Positions 46,884 to 56,147 of a DNA stretch of 64,000 bases are shown in pieces (the first letter of the stretch is position 1; every line of letters starts with the position of its first letter). Source of the DNA: an uncultured Bacteroidia bacterium (GTDB lineage: Bacteria; Bacteroidota; Bacteroidia; Bacteroidales; CAJPTX01); the NCBI GenBank assembly GCA_938038735.1, contig CALHSW010000029.1:39829-103828 (forward strand), in the 5' to 3' direction. The notes under the pieces were generated by a model that made no database searches, was not told the DNA's origin, and saw only the letters and a program-made list of their open reading frames with translations. A program made the position numbers and the translations under genes.

Positions 46884-47663
46884 ATGCATGGCATGGCGAC
46901 ACGAGAGGCAGTAATTGAGGTGGAGGATGTAAAGAAGATTTACAAAGTGGGGCCGAGCGAGGTGCATGCATTGGCGGGGGTGAGCCTGACGATTTACCGC
47001 AATGAGTACGTGGCGATAATGGGACCATCGGGGTCGGGGAAATCTACGTTAATGAACATTTTGGGATGCCTTGATACGCCGAGCGAGGGGCGATACATTC
47101 TGAATGGGACGGATGTGAGTAAGATGCAGGATGATCAGCTCGCCGATACACGGAATCGTGAGATAGGGTTTGTGTTCCAAACGTTCAATCTTCTCCCCCG
47201 GTACACGGCGTTGGAGAATGTGGTGCTGCCGCTGATATACGCAGGGGTGCCCAAGGGGGAGCGATTGGAGCGTGGCCGGGCGGCGCTCACGAGCGTTGGG
47301 CTTGAGGAGCGCATGGAGCATAAGCCCAACGAGATGTCGGGCGGGCAGCGGCAGCGCGTGGCGGTGGCGCGGGCATTGATCAATGATCCCGCGATAATCT
47401 TGGCGGATGAGCCGACGGGCAATCTCGACACGAAGACTTCCATTGACATTATGCAGCTTTTCGAGCGGATTTACGGTTCGGGGAATACGATTATCGTGGT
47501 GACGCACGAGGAGGACATTGCACAGCACGCACGGCGAATCGTGAGGCTACGCGATGGGAAGATAGAGCGTGACGAGGTGAATTTGCATCCGGTGCATGCG
47601 GGTGCTGAGGAGCTGCGGCGCTTGCAGCAGCGCGAGGAGCAGCTGGCAACAAAAGAAGGTTAG
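46884..47663 (+). CDS. ABC transporter ATP-binding protein (MacB/LolD-like)
   Basis: Walker [10 protein letters not shown], signature MSGGQRQR, Walker [12 protein letters not shown]. No permease gene is adjacent. Confidence 0.85.
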   Translation: MHGMATREAVIEVEDVKKIYKVGPSEVHALAGVSLTIYRNEYVAIMGPSGSGKSTLMNILGCLDTPSEGRYILNGTDVSKMQDDQLADTRNREIGFVFQTFNLLPRYTALENVVLPLIYAGVPKGERLERGRAALTSVGLEERMEHKPNEMSGGQRQRVAVARALINDPAIILADEPTGNLDTKTSIDIMQLFERIYGSGNTIIVVTHEEDIAQHARRIVRLRDGKIERDEVNLHPVHAGAEELRRLQQREEQLATKEG

Positions 47664-47668
47664 GCGCA

Positions 47669-48214
47669 ATGAAGGTATATACGAAACGGGGCGATAAGGG
47701 GCAGACGGATCTGATTGGTGGCGAGCGGGTGGCGAAGAATAGCGCGAACGTGGAGGCGTACGGCACGGTGGATGAGCTTATGGCCGCGGTGGGGGTGGCT
47801 ATGACGTGCGTGGAGGCCGCGGGGCACCGGGAGCAGCTGCAGTGGATACAGAATCGGCTGATGGCCTGCGCGTCAATCCTGGCGATAGGGAAGGATATTA
47901 AAGGGGTTGCGGGCAAGGTGCCGCCCATTACGCAGGCGCACATTCACCAGCTAGAGGAGTGGATCGATGCGTACGAGTCGCAGCTGCCGCCGCTGCGGGC
48001 CTTCGTGCTGCCAGGGGGGCATTGCATGGCGGTGGCGCAGTCGCACGTGGCCCGCACGATTTGCCGGCGCGCGGAGCGGCGGATCCTCAGCGTGGAGGGG
48101 GTGCCGGATGAGGTGCTAGGGTTTATCAACCGGCTGAGCGACTATTTCTTCAACTACGGGCGCATGCTTGCGCAGGAAAATAGCGATGATCAAACGCCGT
48201 GGGTGCCCAATTGA
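47669..48214 (+). CDS. pduO: ATP:cob(I)alamin adenosyltransferase, PduO type
   Basis: MKVYTKRGDKGQTDL..ANVEAYGTVDEL is the canonical PduO-type N-terminus. Confidence 0.9.
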   Translation: MKVYTKRGDKGQTDLIGGERVAKNSANVEAYGTVDELMAAVGVAMTCVEAAGHREQLQWIQNRLMACASILAIGKDIKGVAGKVPPITQAHIHQLEEWIDAYESQLPPLRAFVLPGGHCMAVAQSHVARTICRRAERRILSVEGVPDEVLGFINRLSDYFFNYGRMLAQENSDDQTPWVPN

Positions 48215-48256
48215 GGGCGGCGCGGTACAAGTGAAAACAAGAAAAACTTTTAGGAT

Positions 48257-48478
48257 ATGTACTGGACGTTAGAGTTGGCCTCGAAGCTGGAGGATGCCCC
48301 GTGGCCGGCGACAAAGGAGGAGCTGATAGATTACGCGCAGCGTTCGGGTGCGCCTATGGAGGTGATTGAGAATCTGCGGGACTTGGAGGACGAGGGTGAG
48401 GTGTACGATACGATAGAGGACATATGGCCCGACTACCCGACCAAGGATGACTTTTTCTTCAATGAGGATGAGTACTAG
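48257..48478 (+). CDS. DUF2795-like small acidic protein
   Basis: LEDAPWPATKEELIDYAQRSGAPMEVIENL matches the DUF2795 pattern. Confidence 0.6.
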   Translation: MYWTLELASKLEDAPWPATKEELIDYAQRSGAPMEVIENLRDLEDEGEVYDTIEDIWPDYPTKDDFFFNEDEY

Positions 48479-48636
48479 GCGCTAGAGAGCCAAGGGAGCC
48501 GCATGCAAATCATCGACGGGACGAGCAGGGGAAAACGCCTATCGTCCCGTTGTTTTTTCTTAGGAAAAGGTAGGTGGGGGGCGTTGGTAATAGTGCTACG
48601 TTTGATAAAGAATTTAGCGGGTGGAGTACGGAACGC

Positions 48637-49383
48637 ATGAAACAGTATGAAGCCGTGATGGAAGCCATGGAGAGGCTCGGAGGAATAGCCACTTTAGGGG
48701 CCCTTAACGTGGAGGTCTTCAAAATAAAGGGGTGTGAATGGCGCACGAAGACACCCTATGCAAGCATACGTCGAATCGTGCAGCAAACCAAGGGAATCTA
48801 CAGGATCAAGCCGGGGCTCTACGGATTGGAGAAATATAGAAGTAGGCTTGAGGCGCAAGGGTTTGTTGTTGAGGATGAGAAGAATGCTGGTTCGGCTAGC
48901 GTTGCGTTGCTAAATCACACGTACTACCAGGGGTTGCTGATAACTATAGGGAATTGTAAAAAGTTCTCCACTTTTATTCCTAAACAGGATAAGAACAAGC
49001 GGTTCTACGATGGACGAACATTGCAGATGCTGGCGAGCCTGGAGGAGCAGCCTAGCTATTCGTATCCAGAACTGTGCAGCCGTAGCGCAACCATTGACAC
49101 CATTTGGTTTAACGATAGGCGGATGCCGCACTCGTTCTTTGAGGTGGAGCATTCCACCGACATACAAAACTCATTGTTGAAGTTTAACGATTTGCAGGAT
49201 TTCTACGCACGGATGGTGATTGTGGCGGACGCGAAGCGTAGGCGTGAGTTTGAAGAGAAGATGAAGTACCATGCATTTGAGGAGCTGCGGGTAAATAAAC
49301 GGGTTACATTTCTAAGCTACGAGGCGCTGGTACGACAGTACGAAATGGAGATGGAAAAGCAGCGGCTCGATTTCTTGCTGTAG
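48637..49383 (+). CDS. Solitary wHTH plus PD-(D/E)xK-like nuclease-fold protein (candidate restriction-type enzyme)
   Basis: The N-terminus EAVMEAMERLGGIATLGALN..IRRIVQ..IYRIKPGLYGL is Mrr_N-like wHTH. The C-terminus IDTIWFNDRRMPHSFFEVEHSTDIQNSLLKFNDL has the D..ExE/K core spacing of restriction-like nucleases. The gene is visibly less GC-rich than its flanks. Confidence 0.5.
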   Translation: MKQYEAVMEAMERLGGIATLGALNVEVFKIKGCEWRTKTPYASIRRIVQQTKGIYRIKPGLYGLEKYRSRLEAQGFVVEDEKNAGSASVALLNHTYYQGLLITIGNCKKFSTFIPKQDKNKRFYDGRTLQMLASLEEQPSYSYPELCSRSATIDTIWFNDRRMPHSFFEVEHSTDIQNSLLKFNDLQDFYARMVIVADAKRRREFEEKMKYHAFEELRVNKRVTFLSYEALVRQYEMEMEKQRLDFLL

Positions 49384-49427
49384 GATCGTCGTTTTTTCCC
49401 GCGCATAGCAAAATGGGGGAAAAAGTG

Positions 49428-49435
49428 TACCTTTG
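49428..49435 (+). promoter_or_regulatory. -7 box TACCTTTG for the rplY-pth-hslR operon
   Basis: Perfect TAnnTTTG match 100 nt upstream of the rplY ATG. Confidence 0.55.
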
Positions 49436-49534
49436 CGGCCGTGCTCCCGTGGGAGAAACGCATGATGGGGCAGCCAAGGATACGAAATTTTACGGGGGTA
49501 GGCTGTCAGGTAGTGCTAACGGTAAGGGGTTACG

Positions 49535-50146
49535 ATGGATATATTCAAGATTAAGGCTGCCTCTCGGCAGGAGAGAGGGCCGAAGCACGCGCGGCATATG
49601 CGCCGTGAAGGCGTGGTGCCAGGGGTGGTGTACGGGCATGGCGACAACGTGTCGATAGCGCTGCAGGAGCGTGATTTGACGAAGCTGCTGGTAAATCCAA
49701 ATGTCTATTTGGTGGAGCTAGAGCTGGATGGCAAGGTGGAGAGCGTGATAATCAAGGAGGTGCAGTACCATCCGGTGAGCGACCGGCCGGTGCACATTGA
49801 CTTCTATCGCTACACCGAGGATAAGCCCATCACGATGTCAATCCCGGTGAAGCTGGAAGGGCACGCCGTGGGGGTGCGGGCTGGCGGTAAGCTGACGCAG
49901 GCTGCCCGTAAGCTTACAGTGAAAGGGTTGGCATCGGCCATGCCGAATCGTTTGGTAGTAGATGTGTCGGAGCTGGACGTTGACAAGAAGATTGTGGTGA
50001 GCAATCTCTCGTATGAGGGGCTTACAATACTCAATCCGAGCCATATGGTGGTGGCGGCGGTGCGTGCGCAGCGTAATATGACGGCGCAGGCTGCTGATAC
50101 TGCAGCGGCTGCTCCAGCGCCGGCAGCTGCACCGGAAAAGAAGTAG
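49535..50146 (+). CDS. rplY: 50S ribosomal protein L25 / general stress protein Ctc
   Basis: RQERGPKHARHMRREGVVPGVVYGHG..HPV..P.HIDF pattern, long Ctc form with an Ala/Pro tail. Confidence 0.9.
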   Translation: MDIFKIKAASRQERGPKHARHMRREGVVPGVVYGHGDNVSIALQERDLTKLLVNPNVYLVELELDGKVESVIIKEVQYHPVSDRPVHIDFYRYTEDKPITMSIPVKLEGHAVGVRAGGKLTQAARKLTVKGLASAMPNRLVVDVSELDVDKKIVVSNLSYEGLTILNPSHMVVAAVRAQRNMTAQAADTAAAAPAPAAAPEKK

Positions 50147-50175
50147 CGTACGCCGCAAAATAGAGGATTTGTGCC

Positions 50176-50748
50176 GTGAAGTACCTCATTGTGGGTTTAG
50201 GAAATATCGGGGAGGAGTACGCAGGTACGCGGCATAATGCGGGATTTATGGTGCTCGATGCGCTAGCTGGCGCATCGAGCACTTCTTTTTCTGTCGATAG
50301 GCTTGGGGCAGTGGCTGAATGCAAGGTGAAGGGACGGCAGCTGGTGCTGCTCAAGCCGTCAACCTATATGAATCTCAGCGGGAAGGCGGTGCAGTATTGG
50401 CTGCAAAAGGAGAAGCTGGAGGTGGAGTCGCTGCTGGTGGTGGTGGACGATTTGGCGTTGCCGGTGGGCGGCGTGCGGCTGCGGGCGCAGGGGAGCGACG
50501 GGGGGCATAATGGGCTGAAGGATATTCAGGCTAAGCTCGGCACGTCGGGCTACGCTCGGTTGCGTATCGGGGTTGGGCACGATTTTCCGCGGGGGCGGCA
50601 GATTGACTACGTGCTCTCGAAGTTCTCAGCGGAGGAACGGCCCCTGCTGGATGGGGCCATCGAGAAGGCGTGCGAGGCAATTGGGCTGTTTGCCACGATT
50701 GGGCTGGAGCGGGCGATGAACGTGGTGAATACGAAGGGGAAGGAGTAA
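50176..50748 (+). CDS. pth: Aminoacyl-tRNA hydrolase
   Basis: MKYLIVGLGNIGEEYAGTRHNAGF..GGHNGLKDI is canonical Pth. GTG start. Confidence 0.9.
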   Translation: MKYLIVGLGNIGEEYAGTRHNAGFMVLDALAGASSTSFSVDRLGAVAECKVKGRQLVLLKPSTYMNLSGKAVQYWLQKEKLEVESLLVVVDDLALPVGGVRLRAQGSDGGHNGLKDIQAKLGTSGYARLRIGVGHDFPRGRQIDYVLSKFSAEERPLLDGAIEKACEAIGLFATIGLERAMNVVNTKGKE

Positions 50749-50759
50749 GGTTCGGCGCG

Positions 50760-51155
50760 ATGCGGGTAGATAGGTATTTGTGGTGCGTACGCCTGTTCAA
50801 GAGTCGCACGCTGGCAGCGGAGGCGATAGGGAAGGGGCGAGTGGCCGTTGATGGACTCACTGTGAAAGCGAGCCGAGAGCTGGCTCTGAACGATGTTTTC
50901 ACGCTGAAACGCGCGCCGGTTACCTATACTTACCGGGTGAAGGGGTTTCCCTCGTCACGGCTCGGGGCAAAGCTGGTGGATGATTATTTGGAGAACCTTA
51001 CCCCGCAGAGCGAGTTGGATAAGCTGCGCCCCACGGTGGGCGGTTCGTTGCTGTGGCGGGAGCCAGGCACGGGAAGGCCCACAAAGCGGGAGCGGCGCGA
51101 GATTGATAGGTTTCAGTCCTCTTTCTTTGAGGAGGATTGGGATGACGAGGCGTAG
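50760..51155 (+). CDS. hslR: S4-domain RNA-binding protein (Hsp15-like)
   Basis: MRVDRYLWCVRLFKSRTLAAEAI..GRV.V.G is an S4 motif. The start is ATG 50760, not the upstream ORF start. Confidence 0.75.
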   Translation: MRVDRYLWCVRLFKSRTLAAEAIGKGRVAVDGLTVKASRELALNDVFTLKRAPVTYTYRVKGFPSSRLGAKLVDDYLENLTPQSELDKLRPTVGGSLLWREPGTGRPTKRERREIDRFQSSFFEEDWDDEA

Positions 51156-51276
51156 GCGGCGGAGGCTAGCGGGCGGGGCTTAGTGGGCAGTTGCGCATGG
51201 GGGCGGCAGCGTACGCTACTTTTTTCTGAGGTTGTAGGTTGGTGCGTGAAGAGATTGCGGTATAGAAAAAAGTTTG

Positions 51277-51284
51277 TACCTTTG
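51277..51284 (+). promoter_or_regulatory. -7 box TACCTTTG for tRNA-Pro
   Basis: Perfect TAnnTTTG match 34 nt upstream of the tRNA. Confidence 0.55.
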
Positions 51285-51317
51285 CGGTCGGCTTTGGGGA
51301 ATGGAGGAGGAGTTTTT

Positions 51318-51392
51318 CGGGGTGTAGCGCAGCCCGGTTAGCGCGCGTCGTTCGGGACGACGAGGTCGAGAGTTCGAATCTCTCCACCCCGA
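51318..51392 (+). tRNA. tRNA-Pro (anticodon CGG)
   Basis: Acceptor CGGGGTG/CACCCCG, anticodon stem CGTCG/CGACG with loop TTCGGGA, T-arm GAGAG-TTCGAAT-CTCTC. Confidence 0.95.
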
Positions 51393-51396
51393 CAGG

Positions 51397-51447
51397 GTAG
51401 ACGGAAAAGGGTGGTTAGTGCAACCCTTCTCCGTCTACTTTCTTTTT
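51397..51447 (+). terminator. Rho-independent terminator after tRNA-Pro
   Basis: GTAGACGGAAAAGGGT / ACCCTTCTCCGTCTAC stem followed by TTTCTTTTTT. Confidence 0.8.
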
Positions 51448-51541
51448 TGCAGAGTTCTCTGTGGGTGGCCTTTCTCCATGCAATCGCCACGAGATGCGTC
51501 CTCTTTTGATAGGGCCGTAAGGCTGAATTTGAATATTATAC

Positions 51542-51580
51542 GATAAACAAAACGCTCCGCGGTGGAAACCGCGGAGCGTC
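51542..51580 (-). terminator. Rho-independent terminator (repeated module, copy 1)
   Basis: The minus strand reads ACGCTCCGCGG-loop-CCGCGGAGCGT followed by TTTGTTTATC, ~40 nt after the stop at 51619. Confidence 0.75.
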
Positions 51581-51618
51581 TCGTTGACTATCGGTATAGA
51601 GAGCTATACGATTGATGA

Positions 51619-52833
51619 TTAAAAGAAATACATGAACGAAATGTTTTCTTTGGCTCTGAGAACCTGTTTCACTTCGCTAGTGTTAGGATTGTAGGCAAAA
51701 ACACCTGATGCATCTGCTCCGAAGGCGGAGAAAAATACCTCCCCATTGTGTTTCTCAATGGCCACTGAATGCCCATCGGTGTAGGGGATTCCCTTAATCT
51801 GCTTGATGGTGCGCGCCTTGAGGTCGATTATTACAGCCATAGAGTTACGTGCTGTATACGGATTACCGGTGTTGAGTTCAATGATGGCAACGTAAGCCGC
51901 CACGAGGCCTTTCCCGATGTAGACGCAGTTGTAGATGGATGCTGGTTTCCAATTCGTACCCTCGATGGGCGTATTGCTGATGTCCCAGCTGCGGGAGGGG
52001 TCAAAAGCCTGTTTTCCATTGGGGATGCACACGAAACCGTTTTTTTTGTAGGAAGGGTTATAGCCAAAGTAGCCGACGCAGGCTATATAGATATCGTTCT
52101 CTTCATTGGTAAATATCATGTCTTTCGTTATGGGCCTTGTGGGGAAGCAGAGACCGCTTTCCTTCTCAGAGATGATTTTGGTTACCTGGTCGGTTTTAGG
52201 GTCAATAATGGCTACGTCTACCTGCCGATGGTCTTCGTAGGGCATCCAGCTCGCATCATTTTGGTTGAGCGTGAGGTAGTACAGGCCATCGCGCAGGATG
52301 CCACGGCTGGCGTCGGGGGATTTGTCGCTATGGGCGTACGGAGTGAGGTCAATTTCGCCGATTTTGGTAAAGCTATTGGCATCTGCGATGGTGATGGCGC
52401 CGAGAAGGTAGTTGGTGATGTAGAGCTTCTCGGGTGTCACCTTGGTCAAGTTTACAGGGTAGGAGCCTGGGGCGATGGGGAGTTCGCAGACCTGCGTGAG
52501 TCCCCTGTCGCTGTGGGAGTACTTTGTGATGGCTTGCTTCCCACTGGGTCCGAATTCAGGAAAAACGTAAACGTCGTTGTCAACAATGGAGAAGGAGGCA
52601 CTAAAGCCTACCTGTATGCTATTGCTGTTGTCGTATTCTCCGGAGAGGGCTGGAATGAGACGTAAGTATGTTTGTCCACTTGCGCCATCTGCGTTTTTAA
52701 CCGTGGCTGAAACGAGAATGTTGCCAACTCCCCCTACCGGTTCATCTGGCGTTTGCTCCTTTTTCTTGCACGATGCTGCAGCCAGCGTAAGAGCTGCGGT
52801 GGCAATGATTAGCCAAATACTTCTACTGTTCAT
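51619..52833 (-). CDS. Surface lipoprotein, probable beta-propeller (DUF4374-like by context)
   Basis: Lipobox LTLAAASC. 404 aa directly downstream of a TonB-dependent receptor, the arrangement seen for DUF4374 (XusB-type) lipoproteins. The family assignment is not verified. Confidence 0.45.
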   Translation of the reverse strand: MNSRSIWLIIATAALTLAAASCKKKEQTPDEPVGGVGNILVSATVKNADGASGQTYLRLIPALSGEYDNSNSIQVGFSASFSIVDNDVYVFPEFGPSGKQAITKYSHSDRGLTQVCELPIAPGSYPVNLTKVTPEKLYITNYLLGAITIADANSFTKIGEIDLTPYAHSDKSPDASRGILRDGLYYLTLNQNDASWMPYEDHRQVDVAIIDPKTDQVTKIISEKESGLCFPTRPITKDMIFTNEENDIYIACVGYFGYNPSYKKNGFVCIPNGKQAFDPSRSWDISNTPIEGTNWKPASIYNCVYIGKGLVAAYVAIIELNTGNPYTARNSMAVIIDLKARTIKQIKGIPYTDGHSVAIEKHNGEVFFSAFGADASGVFAYNPNTSEVKQVLRAKENISFMYFF

Positions 52834-52861
52834 AGTACTGAATTATTAAAGTTGAAACGAA

Positions 52862-55216
52862 TTATTTCCAAATGTAACGGAGCTTTGCGCCAAAGCTTCT
52901 GCCCGGCAGCGGGCGGTTGAACTCCGAGAGGGCGCGGGCGTTGGTGAGGTTCTTGACTTTGCACGATAGAAATAGCCTTTGGTTGAAAAAGCTGTACTCA
53001 AGACCCATGTCCAGCAGGAAGCTGCGCGGGATGCGTCTTTTTGTATTCGCAGTGATTTCAAAATCGTAGAGATACTCCTCAATGAAAGCCAGATCGGCGA
53101 AGAGCCGTAGGTTTTGCCCTTGGCCGCCGAAAGGGTTTTCCTTGTGGAATTCGAGACCTGTGTTGGCCATGAGGTAGGGGATGTTAGGCATGCGTAGCCC
53201 TTTCGTGGCATTGGGAAGATTAGACCCCTGCTCATGCTCGCGAACGTCGCGTAGGTCTTGAAAGGTAACATTGCCGTAGCCGTAGAGGAAGGAGAAGATG
53301 TCGGCTTTGACCTCGAACTCTGCGCCTAGGGTTCGCATTTCGCCGAAGTTTTGGTACTGAGCACCGAGAATCCCCTTGGTGAAGCGGATCATGTCCTGGA
53401 GATACATGTAGAACCCATTGAGTTCAATCTGCAGGTTGGAGTGATGGATGCCCGTAAGGTCAAACAGGATGCCTGCATTGAGGTTGGCGTTGCGCTCAGG
53501 ACGAAGCTGTTCTGATGGGGTTATGGTATAGCCATCGCCGAGCAGCTCAAACTCCGATGGGATACGCACATCGTAGCCACCCGAAAGTTTAGCCATGAGC
53601 GAACGGGTAAAGCGAAAGCGAAGCGCATCGCTACATCCGAGGCTTTTCTTATCCACATGAATGTTTTCGGGTGGAGTATTGGTGTAGATGTTTTGGAAGG
53701 TGGTGCGCATGCTGTACCAGTACCCTCTGGCGGTAAACGAGTTGAGGAAACGGTCGTTAGCCGAACGGAAGTCGTAGGTGATACCGATAACCCAACTCCT
53801 CATGCGTGAGTTGAAGTCGGTTTTTTTGCCGAGGCTTTTTTCTTTTAAGGGGTTGGATGGCGTCCCATTGGCGAGCGAGAAAAGAGAGTTAACGCTGATG
53901 GTGTGCTGCTCTGCAATGAGGTACTCAAGGTTCAGCTTGTTGAGGTAGGTGAACTTATTGTTGTTGGAGAGTGAAGCGAAACGGGTGGCCAGCTCGCCGC
54001 CATAAGGCGATGGGGAGGGGTAGGGGTTGCCCTGCCAATCGTACCAAGTTTTGGCAGTGTCAATAAGTGCGTATCGCGTAAAGGCGGCGGCATGCGTGAA
54101 GTCAAGGTCAAGCCCCGCGAGTAGAAAGTCTTTCTTTTTAAGGGTGTTTCCCAAGAGGTAGAGGCGCGAGGTGGAGTGCGCCTGCCGAATGTCATATTCT
54201 ACGCCCTGCACCTCTTTGTACGTATTGATGAATACAGGCTCAAGCTCGATCTCATCAAACCACCATTTTCTGGCCTTAATACTTCCCCCAATTACCAATT
54301 TTTGGAAATTATCGTGTTGGCGTTTGATTTTCAATCCCTTCACGTATGGAGATTCCATGGTGTAGCAATTGTCGGCGTAGGTGTAGGTGCCGCCGAGGCC
54401 GAGGATAATCCCAGACTCTTTGATGTTGCGCTTGAAGACCGCGGTGGCCTTGTTGACATTAAACGATTCGTGTTGGTAGCTAAGATCTAGGTACCTGTCG
54501 GGGTACTCCTTGATTACTACATTGACCGCGCCGCCCATGGAGGAGCCGCCGAACTTTGCGGGTACCACCCCCTTGAAAATCTCGATGCGGTCAATCATGT
54601 CGATGGGTATGTCGTTGATGTCGATGAAGTCCGATTGGTCGCCGAGCGGCACCTCATCAATGAAGAATCCCACGCGCTTGCCCTCAAGCCCCCGGAGCGA
54701 AATGCGCGAAGCGCTGCCCACCCCGCCGGAGGCGCGGATGGCTATGCCCGTCGTCTTGGCCAGAAGGCTCTCAATGTCGCTCACGGAACCCTGCAGCTGG
54801 TGCATGCTGATAACGGATATAGGCATGGCCCGTTCACGTATTTCTCGGGCTTTGCTCTTGCCAATGACGAGAACGTCCTTCATGGATTGCTCCTCCTGCT
54901 GGAGCTGCACGATGAGTCGTTTTTTCTCTTTGCCCACTGTGACGCTGAGCGATTGCGTTTTGTACCCCATGTACTGTATCGTTAGCGTGTGGGTTCCTAC
55001 AGGAACGTTGGTGAAAACGAATTTGCCATTTGCATCGGAAACCTCGCCCCGCTTGAGTTCTTGCATGTAGACCGTGGCCCCGATGAGATTGTTGCCGTTC
55101 TCATCAATAATGGACCCTTCAATTAGGCCTACACCTTCTTGCGCTGTAGCTGCGCTGCATAGGAAGAGTAGGAGCGATAGTAGCAAGCTGTTTGATTTAA
55201 TGATTTTGCCAGTCAT
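52862..55216 (-). CDS. TonB-dependent outer-membrane receptor with an N-terminal carboxypeptidase-regulatory-like domain
   Basis: Signal peptide LLLSLLLFLCSAATAQE, a CarbopepD_reg-like block GSIIDENGNNLIGATVYMQE..FVFTNVPVGTHTL, a plug domain, and a long beta-barrel. The start is ATG 55216. Confidence 0.85.
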   Translation of the reverse strand: MTGKIIKSNSLLLSLLLFLCSAATAQEGVGLIEGSIIDENGNNLIGATVYMQELKRGEVSDANGKFVFTNVPVGTHTLTIQYMGYKTQSLSVTVGKEKKRLIVQLQQEEQSMKDVLVIGKSKAREIRERAMPISVISMHQLQGSVSDIESLLAKTTGIAIRASGGVGSASRISLRGLEGKRVGFFIDEVPLGDQSDFIDINDIPIDMIDRIEIFKGVVPAKFGGSSMGGAVNVVIKEYPDRYLDLSYQHESFNVNKATAVFKRNIKESGIILGLGGTYTYADNCYTMESPYVKGLKIKRQHDNFQKLVIGGSIKARKWWFDEIELEPVFINTYKEVQGVEYDIRQAHSTSRLYLLGNTLKKKDFLLAGLDLDFTHAAAFTRYALIDTAKTWYDWQGNPYPSPSPYGGELATRFASLSNNNKFTYLNKLNLEYLIAEQHTISVNSLFSLANGTPSNPLKEKSLGKKTDFNSRMRSWVIGITYDFRSANDRFLNSFTARGYWYSMRTTFQNIYTNTPPENIHVDKKSLGCSDALRFRFTRSLMAKLSGGYDVRIPSEFELLGDGYTITPSEQLRPERNANLNAGILFDLTGIHHSNLQIELNGFYMYLQDMIRFTKGILGAQYQNFGEMRTLGAEFEVKADIFSFLYGYGNVTFQDLRDVREHEQGSNLPNATKGLRMPNIPYLMANTGLEFHKENPFGGQGQNLRLFADLAFIEEYLYDFEITANTKRRIPRSFLLDMGLEYSFFNQRLFLSCKVKNLTNARALSEFNRPLPGRSFGAKLRYIWK

Positions 55217-55317
55217 GTTTCGTGAAGTTGAGTCTGAAGTTTTGTTTTGAACCAAAGGATTAGAGAAGTCTGAAGGCAACTTCTTAGCATTTGGAGATGC
55301 CGATCTTCTATTTGTCT

Positions 55318-55938
55318 CTATTTGAAAGGTTTAAGCAGTTCTTTCCAGCCAGCCAGGCTGAAGTGGGCGTATTGGATGAGCGCCTGCTTGATTTCAGAGT
55401 CTGAAAACTCATCATGCAAGACTAGCTCCCGCAGAATGTTTGTCCAGGTAGAGCATAGTATGTGAATAAAGAATGGAGAGAGCTGAGCATCAATATGCGG
55501 CCATCGGCTTTTCATTATGGAAAGGTACTCCTCCCCGATTTTGATTTGTTCGGCAAGAATGCGTTCTAGGTATCTGTCGAGCGATGTGCCAGCTGCCTGA
55601 AAAAGCAGAAGCTTTAGTTCAGGACGGAACGTTTTGACGAGAGATACCGTTTGGTTTAGATAGTCAATGGAAAGACTAGGCGTTGTGAAAACCTCAAGGT
55701 TGAGGAATCGTTCGTCATTGTGCGAGTGCATGTGGCGGTTAAGCTTTGTTAGAAGCGGCTGCAGCACGGCGCAAAAGAGTTCATCCTTGCTTTTGAAATA
55801 TTTGTAGATATTCCCAACGGATACGTTCGCCTTGCTGGCGATCGTACGAATGGAGGTGTCTTTGACCCCTTGACTTATAAACTCTTTTCTAGCTGTAAGT
55901 AGAATGCGTTGGAGAACGTTTTCTTTTAGCGTTTGCAC
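55318..55938 (-). CDS. TetR/AcrR family transcriptional regulator
   Basis: HTH TSIRTIASKANVSVGNIYKYFKSKDELF. GTG start. Confidence 0.85.
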   Translation of the reverse strand: MQTLKENVLQRILLTARKEFISQGVKDTSIRTIASKANVSVGNIYKYFKSKDELFCAVLQPLLTKLNRHMHSHNDERFLNLEVFTTPSLSIDYLNQTVSLVKTFRPELKLLLFQAAGTSLDRYLERILAEQIKIGEEYLSIMKSRWPHIDAQLSPFFIHILCSTWTNILRELVLHDEFSDSEIKQALIQYAHFSLAGWKELLKPFK

Positions 55939-55984
55939 GGCGTTTGGCGGTTTAAAAGTGAACGTTTTTCATTTTTGTTCATAG

Positions 55985-56018
55985 AAAAAGCGCACTGCCA
56001 ATTGGCAGTGCGCTTTTT
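55985..56018. terminator. Bidirectional hairpin terminator
   Basis: AAAAAGCGCACTGCCA-ATT-GGCAGTGCGCTTTTT. Confidence 0.7.
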
Positions 56019-56147
56019 CAAAAAGAGGGTTCTTCCCCTCCCGATATTTATTGTACTCCTAAACACGGTTTACAAATTTACGGCACAAAGGTATTGAGGC
56101 CCAGCGTGTAGGGCAATCCCCAGAATTGAGGAATTTTTGTTCCTATT

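Noticed and set aside
46884-47663. ABC ATPase without a permease, considered as part of a novel system
   Set aside because: It has standard MacB/LolD-type ATPase motifs. Permeases of this family are often encoded elsewhere, and nothing unusual appears in the sequence itself.
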